Source of the DNA: Candidatus Giovannonibacteria bacterium
Lineage (GTDB): Bacteria; Patescibacteriota; Minisyncoccia; JACPKW01; UBA11713
Assembly: GCA_023266875.1 (NCBI GenBank)
Contig: JAHFOJ010000001.1
Location: 12,851 to 76,850 of the forward strand
Reading direction: 5' to 3'
DNA length: 64,000 nucleotides
Below the pieces are notes generated by a model. That model ran no database searches. It saw only the letters and a program-made list of their open reading frames with translations, and was not told where the DNA came from. Position 1 is the first letter of the stretch, and each line of letters starts with the position of its first letter. The position numbers and the translations under genes are program-made. Positions 41,824-51,286 of the stretch are shown here, piece by piece.

Positions 41824-43104
41824 ATGAAAAGATCAGAGATCCTCGAAAAACCGCTTAAGATTGCTGAAAAATTTTTCAAGACTGACGCAAAATATCTCGC
41901 TTCAGGCGGCTTCTGGGTAACTCTTGCGCAAATCGTAGGCCTGCCAATTACTTTTCTTATTTCACTTGCCTACGCTAATCTTCTGCCAAAAGAAATATAT
42001 GGAAATTATCGCTATATAATTTCGTTTGTAAACGCTGTTTCAATTTTTACACTGCCTGGTATGGACACAGCGATTACTCGCGCTGTTGCCCGTGGCTACG
42101 ACGGTACGTTTCGGAAAGGAGGAATGTATATATTTTTTTCATCTTTTTGCATCACACTTCTCTGCTTGGGAGCATCCGCTTTCTACCTTTTCAATCACAA
42201 TAAGACTCTGGGTTTCGCCTTCATCGTTGTTGCTTTCTTGATTCCGCTTGTTGAAGGGTTAGGAAATTGGAAAGCGTATTTGAACGGGAAAGCAAAGTTC
42301 CGTGAAAAATCAATCTATAACATTACAACAAAATCAATCTACGGGATTGCGATGTTAGGAACAATCGGGATTATCAACTACAAAAATTTATCGCTAGCTC
42401 CTGGAACCGCACTTTTAATTGCCGCGTTTTTCGCCTCACAGGGAATCCCTAATATATACTATTATTTCAAGTTGTTCCGCCGCGTGGCACCCGATGCGGC
42501 GGTTGAACCGGGCTCCGTTCAATACGGGTTTAAATTAGTCAGCTCAAACGGACTTACCAGTATTTCTACATACCTTGACGGCATACTCCTTTTTCATTTT
42601 TTAGGCGCTGCCCCACTTGCTGTTTACTCATTCGCCATTGCTATTCCAGAACAAGTTAAAACATTTTTTACGACTTTAGGAACTGTAGTATTTCCGAAAC
42701 TTGCTGTCCATTATAACGAAAAAAACGGTCATTTAAAAATTAAATCAACACTCCCACAAAAAATTCTTCGCGCTTCATTTTTCAGCATCATTGCCGTACT
42801 TCTTTATTTACTGCTGGCTCCGTTCATTTACCATATTTTCTTTCCCAGTTATTTGGATTCTGTCCGCTTCTCTCAAATATTTGCGCTCTCACTTCTTTTT
42901 ATCCCCGCTAGTATTTTCAGCGATGCTTTGAATGCAGAGGGTAACATTAAAAAGATCTATACATATAAAACTATCGCTCCAATCAGTCAAATTGCTCTTT
43001 TGGTTATCTTAATTCCGCCCTACGGTATCTGGGGCGCAGTTTGGGGGCGTGTTTTAGGCAGATTCATCAACTATCTTCTTTTACTACTGCTCTTCAAATA
43101 TTAA
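41824..43104 (+). CDS. Wzx-like oligosaccharide flippase
   Basis: About 12 TMs; LPKEIYGNY, A.YSFA, LIPPYGIWGA; start placed at MKRSE. Confidence 0.85.
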   Translation: MKRSEILEKPLKIAEKFFKTDAKYLASGGFWVTLAQIVGLPITFLISLAYANLLPKEIYGNYRYIISFVNAVSIFTLPGMDTAITRAVARGYDGTFRKGGMYIFFSSFCITLLCLGASAFYLFNHNKTLGFAFIVVAFLIPLVEGLGNWKAYLNGKAKFREKSIYNITTKSIYGIAMLGTIGIINYKNLSLAPGTALLIAAFFASQGIPNIYYYFKLFRRVAPDAAVEPGSVQYGFKLVSSNGLTSISTYLDGILLFHFLGAAPLAVYSFAIAIPEQVKTFFTTLGTVVFPKLAVHYNEKNGHLKIKSTLPQKILRASFFSIIAVLLYLLLAPFIYHIFFPSYLDSVRFSQIFALSLLFIPASIFSDALNAEGNIKKIYTYKTIAPISQIALLVILIPPYGIWGAVWGRVLGRFINYLLLLLLFKY

Positions 43105-43106
43105 GA

Positions 43107-43904
43107 TCACTTTCTAGGACGTATTGCATCCCATAGAATTGGTGGGACAATTTTTTTTATCACCTTTCTAATCTCTCCCGATTTTTTATCGTTTGGGCGT
43201 AACTGATAGAGCGTTGAGTGAGCAGAGCTAATCTCCTCTGGCGGTCGGCCATTCGAATAGTAATAGAGCGCTAAAGATTTTCTCGTCATTGTTCCCGGAC
43301 AATTCAAAGGATCAGGGTGGCCATGAAATGAAAAATCAGTTGTAGAAAAAATAACCAATCGGCCTGCCATCGGAAAAATTTTTTCTTCACATCTTTTCAT
43401 ATCCTTACTCCATAGCTCGAGCGCTCCGCCATACTCCTCTTTCCATTCTTTATTTAAATATAAAATTACGTTTAATCTGCGATCCAGATCAAGTTTCTCA
43501 TGTTTATTAAAATCGGCATGAATATCAAGCGAGCCGCCGCGCATAATTTGATGCATACCGCCGCCTTCAAAGCGCGGATCGGGAATCAAGCCGGTAATTC
43601 CCGTAAGTAGCTCTAGAAAAGAAAGAAAATTCCAGGAATTAAACTCAGCTAAAATATGACGGATAGAAAGACCCATTTGATTTTCGTCAGCCGACGTAAG
43701 CTTTTTAATACTGTGGTCGTGAGTTTTATTCTTCCATAAAATCTCTTCTGGCCCCGGAAATTCGTCTATTAATTGGGAAATGATCTCTCCAAGCAAGAAA
43801 TCATTAAATGCGATATGTGCAAACGGCTTCGCATTTTGATATTCTTCGCGATGTTCCAACGCCAAATCCTTTAATTGTCTGGGATTGAAAAAGAAAGGGG
43901 TCAC
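43107..43904 (-). CDS. 2OG-Fe(II) oxygenase
   Basis: HAD (HxD), GGALELW, FHGHP, RKSLALYYY. Confidence 0.88.
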   Translation of the reverse strand: MTPFFFNPRQLKDLALEHREEYQNAKPFAHIAFNDFLLGEIISQLIDEFPGPEEILWKNKTHDHSIKKLTSADENQMGLSIRHILAEFNSWNFLSFLELLTGITGLIPDPRFEGGGMHQIMRGGSLDIHADFNKHEKLDLDRRLNVILYLNKEWKEEYGGALELWSKDMKRCEEKIFPMAGRLVIFSTTDFSFHGHPDPLNCPGTMTRKSLALYYYSNGRPPEEISSAHSTLYQLRPNDKKSGEIRKVIKKIVPPILWDAIRPRK

Positions 43905-43993
43905 GGAATTAATTGAATTATTAGCTTCTATTTAATATAATGCGATGTATATATGCTTTTAGATTATATCAGCCTAAGTTTAAATATTAAAGA

Positions 43994-44797
43994 GTGAAGT
44001 ATCTTTATATATTCTACAAAAAAATCATCACTGTTTTGGCAACGCCGGTTATGGTACGCTATTTTTTTGATAAAAAAATAGGCCGATATTACGGCTTTGG
44101 CATTCGCAAAAAATTAAAGCTACTCCGGAGCGTCCGCAGAAATGTTCGAAATATAGAAAGTGCTTCAGATTGGCAGGAACATCTCAAAATGATATCTGTT
44201 ATATTAAGCATCCCTCCTAGCATAAAAGGAGATCTGATCGAGTGTGGCACATTCAGAGGCGCAAGTGCAGCAAGCTTATCTCTTGCGGCAGCCATTACTG
44301 GCAGAAGACTTATCGTGGCAGATTCATTCGAAGGTCTGCCAAAGCCAAGAGAAAATGACCAAAAACATTTCTCTCAATTAAAAATAAAGCATAAAACATA
44401 CGAGAAAGGGCAATACACAGGAACACTTGAGGAGGTACAAAATAACATCCGCCGTTTCGGCGCGATTAAAAGCTGCGAATTTCTGAAAGGTTTTTTTGAT
44501 CAGACACTCCCATCAATTCAAAAACGCCGCTTTGTTTTTATTTTTCTTGATGTAGATTTAAGCTCCTCGCTTGAAGACTGTCTTAAAAATCTGTGGCCAC
44601 TCTTCGAGAAAAACTGCCTGCTTTTTTCTCATGAAGCACAAGACTTACCTTATATTTCGCTTTTCTTTAATGCCACATGGTGGCAAGATAATTTAGGGAC
44701 TTACGCGCCTGGTTTCGTAGGAGCTGGTACGGGTCTGCCCTTAGGTATTGCCGAAGGGTTCTCTTTAGGCTACACCGTAAAAAGTGATGCAAATTAA
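43994..44797 (+). CDS. TylF/MycF/NovP-like O-methyltransferase
   Basis: GDLIECGTFRG.S, DSFEGLP, KGFF..TLP, DVDL. Confidence 0.88.
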   Translation: MKYLYIFYKKIITVLATPVMVRYFFDKKIGRYYGFGIRKKLKLLRSVRRNVRNIESASDWQEHLKMISVILSIPPSIKGDLIECGTFRGASAASLSLAAAITGRRLIVADSFEGLPKPRENDQKHFSQLKIKHKTYEKGQYTGTLEEVQNNIRRFGAIKSCEFLKGFFDQTLPSIQKRRFVFIFLDVDLSSSLEDCLKNLWPLFEKNCLLFSHEAQDLPYISLFFNATWWQDNLGTYAPGFVGAGTGLPLGIAEGFSLGYTVKSDAN

Positions 44798-45731
44798 CTT
44801 GCCTAAAATTAGTGTCATTGTCCCTACGTTTAATCGTGGCTATATCATCACAAAATGCCTAGAAAGTATTTGCGCGCAAAGTTTCAAAGATTTGGAGATT
44901 ATCGTCGTTGATGACGGTTCCACAGATGATACAGAGGCAATCGTAAAAAATTTCAATGATCCTCGCATTCATTATATAAAGCACCCGCAAAACAAAGGCC
45001 TTGCTGCAGCCCTTAACACTGGCTGCCAGGCCGCTAAGACAGAATTCATCGCAGAATTATCAACAGACGACCTATGGATTTACGCAGATAAACTCAAAAA
45101 AGAGTATATGTTGCTAAATAATTCGGGGCCTGAAATTGGAGCAGTTTATTCTGACACTATGAAAGAAGTTATCAGCGGAGAAAAATCGGTTGTACCCCCT
45201 CCGGAATTAGAAAATAAGGAAGGATACCTTTACGAAGAATTCTTAAAGACAAATATTACCTGCTTCCAAGCCGCATTGATCAAAAAAAGCGCGTGGCTCG
45301 CAGTCGGGGGCGTTGATAAAGAGTTATTGCGCGTTCAAGACTGGGACTTTTTAATTAATCTTTCAAAACAATTTAAATTCCTTCATTTGCCAAAGCTTAC
45401 AACAGAAGTGAAAATTTCGCCTGACAGCAACACCAAAAACCAGAAACTGCGTCTATTGTGCCGAACAAAAATTTTTGAAAAACACCGTGAAGCTTTTTTA
45501 AAACGCCGCCAAATCGCGGCCACGCATGCCTATTCAATCGGTCACGCCTGGGCGCTTTTGGGTGAAATGCAAATCGCCCGCTCTTATTTATGGCTCGCCG
45601 TAATTAAGAAACTTAATTCCAAAAATACCGCTGCTTTTATCCTTTCTCTTCTTAATTCTCCCGCAATATACAAAAAAGCGGCAGAGGTTTACACGAGAAA
45701 CCCCCACCGCTCTTTTTTTAGATTTCTTTGA
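44787..45731 (+). CDS. GT2 glycosyltransferase
   Basis: SVIVPTFNR, VVDDGSTD, QDWD. Confidence 0.9.
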   Translation: MQINLPKISVIVPTFNRGYIITKCLESICAQSFKDLEIIVVDDGSTDDTEAIVKNFNDPRIHYIKHPQNKGLAAALNTGCQAAKTEFIAELSTDDLWIYADKLKKEYMLLNNSGPEIGAVYSDTMKEVISGEKSVVPPPELENKEGYLYEEFLKTNITCFQAALIKKSAWLAVGGVDKELLRVQDWDFLINLSKQFKFLHLPKLTTEVKISPDSNTKNQKLRLLCRTKIFEKHREAFLKRRQIAATHAYSIGHAWALLGEMQIARSYLWLAVIKKLNSKNTAAFILSLLNSPAIYKKAAEVYTRNPHRSFFRFL

Positions 45732-46368
45732 AGTCCGGCACTCCTTTTAATCTCTCCTCGAGCATTTTCAAATAACTCGCTACACGAGAGAACTTTTTTG
45801 GAGCAATGCCTAATGCTATAGAACCAGCTGGCACACTTCGGACCACCACACACCCAGCAGCAACAAAACTGCCTTCTCCGATCGTAACCCCAGGCAAAAT
45901 TATTGCCCCCATGGCAATGTAAGCGCCCATACAAATTCGAGGTCCCTTTCTTACTTTCTTCTTCTCTGGCAACAAAGGATGCCTGTCAGAACTTATCATG
46001 ACGCCCGGGGCAATCTTTACATTATCCTCAATTTCCGTTCCTTCACCCACAAAACAATGTGAGTGAATGCGCACCGCATTACCAATGATTGTGTTCTGCT
46101 CAATCTCAGTACCAGATCCGATAGAAACATGATTGCCAATTTGGACAAATTCACGAATCAAGGCATGATGCCCAGTCGAAAAATATTCACCGATTCTGCT
46201 ACCAGTATAGAGTACGCTATGCGAGCGAATCGTGTGAAAATCGCCGATCAACAAAGTCGAGACCTTCCCTTCTTTCTCACCTCGGCACTGGTGTCCTAAA
46301 AGCACACCTTCTTCTACTGTCCCATGCTCCCCCAGAGAAACGCCTCGATACTTTCTTACTGTGGCCAT
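45718..46368 (-). CDS. hexapeptide-repeat sugar N-acetyl/acyltransferase (WbpD-like)
   Basis: IG..V.IG repeats, ILPGVTIG; SD GGAGGG before MATVRK. Confidence 0.85.
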   Translation of the reverse strand: MATVRKYRGVSLGEHGTVEEGVLLGHQCRGEKEGKVSTLLIGDFHTIRSHSVLYTGSRIGEYFSTGHHALIREFVQIGNHVSIGSGTEIEQNTIIGNAVRIHSHCFVGEGTEIEDNVKIAPGVMISSDRHPLLPEKKKVRKGPRICMGAYIAMGAIILPGVTIGEGSFVAAGCVVVRSVPAGSIALGIAPKKFSRVASYLKMLEERLKGVPDFKEI

Positions 46369-46448
46369 AGATAAACCCTCCAAAGAACTAGAATCAAATT
46401 TATATTAAGTTAGCATCTTTATTTACGTAAAACAAGGCTGAAAAGCAA

Positions 46449-46481
46449 AAGCCGTCTCGAATTCAAAACCCGAAACGGCTT
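46449..46481 (-). terminator. intrinsic terminator after the DegT-family gene
   Basis: AAGCCGUUUCGGGUU/AAUUCGAGACGGCUU stem followed by UUGCUUUU. Confidence 0.7.
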
Positions 46482-46498
46482 ATTTGCAAAACTACTTA

Positions 46499-47584
46499 TC
46501 AGCTTTTCCACTGATTTACAGTACAAATAACATGAGATCGCTCTTCCGCTGTCATTAATGGGAAAAGTGGCAAAGAAACAATTTTTCTAACCACTCTCTC
46601 GACCACTGGGAGCGCAACATCCACCTTGTACGCCGATTGTCGGTGAAGTGCAATCGGGTAATGTACGAGCGTTTCAATGCCTTCTTGGCGCAAGTACTTT
46701 TGTAAGCCATCCCGATTTTCTTTCACCTGGATTACAAAAAGGTGGTTGGCATTTCCAGGAATACTCGCTGGAAGATCGAGATATTCTGTCAAAATATTCT
46801 GCTTATAAACAGCGGTTCCATAAGCACGCATTTCATTATGCGCTGCGAGATGCCTCAATTTCACACGAAGTACCGCTGATTGAATCCCATCCAGACGCGA
46901 ATTGAAACCGAGAACAGAATGCGTATCTCGACCCGTGCGTCCGTGATCTCGCAATGCCCTGGCTTTTTTTGCAATTTCTTCTTCAGTTGCGATGATCATC
47001 CCGCCATCGCCGATGCCACCAAGATTTTTTGAGGGATAAAAACTGAAACATCCTACATTGCCAAGAGTTCCCACAAAAGCATTGCTGACGCGCGCACCGT
47101 GCGCCTGGCAACAATCCTCAATGACAAATAGCTTATGCGTCCGTGCAATTTCCATGATCTTCGTCATATTAGCCGGAGCTCCGTAAAGATGGACTGGCAG
47201 AACCGCTTTGGTTCTTGTAGTAATTTTTTCTTCAACTTTACTGGGGTCAATGTTACAGGTGCGCTCGTCGATGTCAATAAATACCGGCTTCGCACCTGTC
47301 CAGAGAATTGCCTCTGCTGTTGGGTAGGCCGAGAGTGCGGTTGTAATAACCTCATCGCCCTCACTAATTCCCAAGGCCATAAGCGCGATTTTTATTGCAT
47401 CTGTACCACTTCCGACACCAACGGCATATTTTGCTCCGAGATATGTTGCGAATTCAGTTTCGAATGCCTCAGTTTCAGACCCAAGAATAAACGCCGATTT
47501 CCCAAAGACACCCTCAATCGCAGCTTCTAATTCATCTTTTATACTTTGATGAAGGCGTTGTAAGTCCGCCATCGGGACCTTCAT
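46499..47584 (-). CDS. DegT/DnrJ/EryC1/StrS sugar aminotransferase
   Basis: GSGTDA, PVHLYG, EDCCQAHG, SFYPSKNLG (PLP Lys), NSRLD. Confidence 0.95.
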   Translation of the reverse strand: MKVPMADLQRLHQSIKDELEAAIEGVFGKSAFILGSETEAFETEFATYLGAKYAVGVGSGTDAIKIALMALGISEGDEVITTALSAYPTAEAILWTGAKPVFIDIDERTCNIDPSKVEEKITTRTKAVLPVHLYGAPANMTKIMEIARTHKLFVIEDCCQAHGARVSNAFVGTLGNVGCFSFYPSKNLGGIGDGGMIIATEEEIAKKARALRDHGRTGRDTHSVLGFNSRLDGIQSAVLRVKLRHLAAHNEMRAYGTAVYKQNILTEYLDLPASIPGNANHLFVIQVKENRDGLQKYLRQEGIETLVHYPIALHRQSAYKVDVALPVVERVVRKIVSLPLFPLMTAEERSHVICTVNQWKS

Positions 47585-47613
47585 AAAACCTCCTTATAGA
47601 TTAGTGCTGTAAC

Positions 47614-48528
47614 CTAGTCCGATCCGAGCGCAGCTTCACAAGTAAGCACTGTGTTTATGTCTTCTTCCGATTTATTCTCTGCACCATAGAAACTGCCAGA
47701 TTGATGCCGCCCAACCAAACTCACGAAATATCTGAGCTCATCAAAAAGTGGATCAACTGCCTCAAAATACTGCACTTGTGATTTGCACCCTTTTAGTGTG
47801 TTCTCCTTCAAATCAGCAAGAATTGTATCATTCTCGGCAATTACTTCTATCTCGCGCTTTTTTACGCGATTAATGCACGATAATTCCACAACCGCGTGGA
47901 ATGTCTCAAACGAAAGGAGAATGTTCGCCGAATCTTCTCGCTTCGCATCGAGTAGATTTTGCTTTCTGGCAAGAACCCCTCGTGTATTGGATCCGAAGAG
48001 AAAATTAAGCATATCAATCACATGAATGCCGAAATTGAGAATTGCTCCAGAATCAGCCCATAGACGATTCTGACCTCCCGTGTAGCGAGCATTTACGTAG
48101 TGAACTTTCCCTATCTTCGGCAGTAAGTCCTTTAACTCGATTAAAACCGGATGGAAACGATACAAATATCCAACCGATAATATCAAATTTGTTCTCTGGG
48201 CAAGCCAGAGCAACTCTTTCGTTTTCTTAGAATGAAGCGTCATTGGCTTTTCAACCAAGACATGTTTTTTTGCTTCAAATGCTGTACGCACAACTTCGGC
48301 ATGCAAGATTGTTGGCACAACAACAATTACTGCATCGACTTTTTCGAGTAAGTAGCCAATATCAGAGAAAAAATCCACTTGAAACTGCTCTGCAACCTTA
48401 GCAACTTCCCCATTGACGTCAGCAATGCCAACAAAATCGCACTCGCCCATCTTGGAAAGCAGGGAAAGTTTTTTGGCATGATTTCTGCCCCATTGGCCGC
48501 ATCCGATCAAGCCTATCTTAATCGTCAT
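47614..48528 (-). CDS. Gfo/Idh/MocA oxidoreductase
   Basis: GLIGCGQWG, HVLVEKPM, IHVID. Confidence 0.92.
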   Translation of the reverse strand: MTIKIGLIGCGQWGRNHAKKLSLLSKMGECDFVGIADVNGEVAKVAEQFQVDFFSDIGYLLEKVDAVIVVVPTILHAEVVRTAFEAKKHVLVEKPMTLHSKKTKELLWLAQRTNLILSVGYLYRFHPVLIELKDLLPKIGKVHYVNARYTGGQNRLWADSGAILNFGIHVIDMLNFLFGSNTRGVLARKQNLLDAKREDSANILLSFETFHAVVELSCINRVKKREIEVIAENDTILADLKENTLKGCKSQVQYFEAVDPLFDELRYFVSLVGRHQSGSFYGAENKSEEDINTVLTCEAALGSD

Positions 48529-48604
48529 ATTAATCCCCTTTCAAAAAACAAAATTAAATTTCCCGCCTACTCTAGCATATACAAAACAAAACAACAAGTT
48601 GCTT

Positions 48605-49333
48605 TTATCTAGCGATGCCCTCTATTTTGGAAAGAAAGTAAAATATTTTTGAGCGGTAAAGATATGTATACTCGTTTCTTATTTCTCCGCCGAAACTCAT
48701 TTTAAACTTGGTTATTCCTGCTTTCATCGAGTCTGTTAAATTTACCGCTCCTAAATCGAAACCAGCATAACCATTCTCATGTCCGTATTTACAGATCTCA
48801 TATACAATCCTCCGATTCGCAAAGCTAATGATTTGACTTGTTTCTTTTTCGCGAGCGCCTAAGCGTCTTGAAAAAATTGCTCTTGCGCGAAGATACGGCT
48901 TTGCGTCATAGCATGCCACCACAGCTATGAGGTCTTTTTTGTAATAAGCCGTAAAAAAAATACATCCTTGAAATGAATTTTTTCCTTTGGGCCGTCTCCC
49001 CTGCAATTTTTCAAACTCTTTATGAAATTCGTAGATCGCATCAAGATTCCTGTCACCTAATTTGAATTTGAGCTCCGGTATTTTCTTGGATCTCCTTATT
49101 TCATTTCGAGCAGTATCATTGAATTTCGAGAAAATAACTTCACTATCAGGTGTTAAGTCTATAACCGTGGTCTTTTTTTCTTTACGAAAATATTTTTCGG
49201 GCTCCTTAGGGCGGTCATAAAGGATCGCGCTAATAAAATGATATTTTCTAGATTGAAGAAGCGCAAGAAATTCTTGTGTTTGCAAAATCACGCGAGCTAT
49301 GCGAATGAAGCCAACCTTCCTTTCAATAATCAT
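48605..49333 (-). CDS. FemAB-like GNAT domain protein
   Basis: T.VIDL, RNEIRRS, FDLG, GITKFKMSFGG. Confidence 0.78.
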   Translation of the reverse strand: MIIERKVGFIRIARVILQTQEFLALLQSRKYHFISAILYDRPKEPEKYFRKEKKTTVIDLTPDSEVIFSKFNDTARNEIRRSKKIPELKFKLGDRNLDAIYEFHKEFEKLQGRRPKGKNSFQGCIFFTAYYKKDLIAVVACYDAKPYLRARAIFSRRLGAREKETSQIISFANRRIVYEICKYGHENGYAGFDLGAVNLTDSMKAGITKFKMSFGGEIRNEYTYLYRSKIFYFLSKIEGIAR

Positions 49334-50427
49334 ATGTTCAAGACGAATCGGCTTATAATTTCTGCGCGTTCTTGCCAGCCGAACATGGCGGCTTTTTGGA
49401 TTGCGCCTTTGGACAATCGATTGCGAAGCTCTTCATCGCTTATTATCCGATTGAACGCATTTTTCCATGCTTGTGGTGTTGGATCTGAAATAAGCAACGC
49501 GTCTTTACCGTCCTCAAGAACCTCCAAAATTGCTTCATTTTTATATGAAATAATGGGGCGCCCAGCCGCTAGATATTCATAAATTTTTGTTGGGGCAAAA
49601 CCAGGCGTATTCTTCCCTTCTGGAACAACTAGCGCATCAGAAGCTAATAAATAATCCGGCGTTTCTCTATAGGGTACGCGAGTTCGGACTATAATACGGC
49701 CACTTAAATTCATTTGCGCAAATTTTGATTTGAGTTCTTCAACTTCGGAATCTTTGGCGCCAAGCAAGACCAATGAAATCCGCTTGTCTGAAAGAGCGAG
49801 CCCTTGATAAAGCGACTCCATATGGTAGAGCGTAAAAGTCCCCATTGAGCAAACCAAGAACTTATCTTGCGGGAGATTCAGCTTGCCGCGGAGGACTCCT
49901 TTTGAGAGAGCGTAGTCAAAAAGTTCTGGTTCAGCAGCAGCACAATGCGCAACCTCAACTGGAAATTGTTTCGCCTCAAGCGCGTTTTTCATGGCATTTG
50001 TAATAGCTATTATTCCTTTTATATTTTTTAAAATAATTTGCCATTCTATCCGCTCAAAAACTTTTATCGGGATCCTATGCAGTTCAAAGAAAATCTTTTT
50101 GCCGAGTTTTTTTGCTTTTCGAATAGGCAGCCAGAGTCCAAGTTCACGCGTATAGAGCACATCGAAATCATCTCGGCGTTTATCAAGAAATCGCGCAATG
50201 GCTAGCGGAGATCCCCCAATAAACTCGAGCCTGAATTTTGGATCCGTTATATTATTTTCTTCACATATCGTTTTAATATCCTTAATGAGTTTGCCTGCGA
50301 TTACCAGCGTAATATCCAGGTCTCGCTTTTTTGATAAAGCTTCCACAGTTTTCAAGATATTATGCGAATGTGCACGCTTAAGCGAAAGATTCGCGCGAGT
50401 TATATAAAATATTCTCGTCCTATCCAT
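49330..50427 (-). CDS. GT4 glycosyltransferase
   Basis: PTKIYEYLAAGRPII; FELH; start 50427 or 50439. Confidence 0.9.
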   Translation of the reverse strand: MDRTRIFYITRANLSLKRAHSHNILKTVEALSKKRDLDITLVIAGKLIKDIKTICEENNITDPKFRLEFIGGSPLAIARFLDKRRDDFDVLYTRELGLWLPIRKAKKLGKKIFFELHRIPIKVFERIEWQIILKNIKGIIAITNAMKNALEAKQFPVEVAHCAAAEPELFDYALSKGVLRGKLNLPQDKFLVCSMGTFTLYHMESLYQGLALSDKRISLVLLGAKDSEVEELKSKFAQMNLSGRIIVRTRVPYRETPDYLLASDALVVPEGKNTPGFAPTKIYEYLAAGRPIISYKNEAILEVLEDGKDALLISDPTPQAWKNAFNRIISDEELRNRLSKGAIQKAAMFGWQERAEIISRFVLNI

Positions 50428-51286
50428 AATTTTTTCCAAGAAGCCTCAACGCGATAGTCCGCAATGGATAATATGCGCCAAGTTTTACTTCAAGACTTTT
50501 CACATCGTCTTCTGGCCCAATTATAATTTTTCGAAGCGGTCGCCCAAGCTCGCGAATATCGTTTGCGCCGTATTTCGTAGAGATGGAGAATAGGAATCCA
50601 GCTTTACGAATTTCTCTTTCGGTTACGTCATTAAAGCGCCCATGAGGATAAGAAAAAGCCGTTGTTCTAATATTCAAATTCCGCTCGATTTCATTTTTAG
50701 AAACTTGAATTTCTCGATCGAGATCCTGTCCGCCAAGCTCGTTCAATTTTTGATGCGTTACCCCGTGTGCCCCATATTCAATTATGTCTTTCATTAAAGC
50801 GCATTCCCGCCATGACAAATAAATCGGCGTCGCGGAAAAATCCAACTTTCTATTCCGAGTTTTAGCATTTTCAACAATACTTTTTGATGCGCTGTTCTGA
50901 TTAACAAAATCAATAGTTAAAAAAATAGTCGCTCGCGCATCATATTTTTTCAAAATTGGGTATGCATTAAAATAAATATCTCTAAATCCGTCATCAAAAT
51001 AAATAATTGCCGATTTCTTGGATGTCAACATTTTCCCTTCTTTTACAAGTTCGAGATCAGAAAAATTCAAAAAAACATATCCTTTTTCTTTTAGATACGA
51101 AATCTGATTCTCAAAATGGTTTTTAGAAACAGCAAGTCCTGGATATAATTCAAGGGCATAATCATTTTGTTTTGATAAATCAACAATACTATGGTACCCA
51201 AGCAAAACAAGCTTTTTCTCATTCAGCAACCGAAAAAAATAATTAATCCCTGAAAAATATAGAAAATTAAAAACAATTTTACTCAT
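50420..51286 (-). CDS. polysaccharide deacetylase (NodB/IcaB-like)
   Basis: YHSI, FDDGF, GAHGVTH, FSYPHG. Confidence 0.9.
   Translation of the reverse strand: MSKIVFNFLYFSGINYFFRLLNEKKLVLLGYHSIVDLSKQNDYALELYPGLAVSKNHFENQISYLKEKGYVFLNFSDLELVKEGKMLTSKKSAIIYFDDGFRDIYFNAYPILKKYDARATIFLTIDFVNQNSASKSIVENAKTRNRKLDFSATPIYLSWRECALMKDIIEYGAHGVTHQKLNELGGQDLDREIQVSKNEIERNLNIRTTAFSYPHGRFNDVTEREIRKAGFLFSISTKYGANDIRELGRPLRKIIIGPEDDVKSLEVKLGAYYPLRTIALRLLGKNYG

Noticed and set aside
41769-41879. Apparent head-to-head overlap of the carbamoyltransferase and flippase ORFs
   Set aside because: The likely starts are 41768 and 41824, leaving a 55-bp divergent promoter region.
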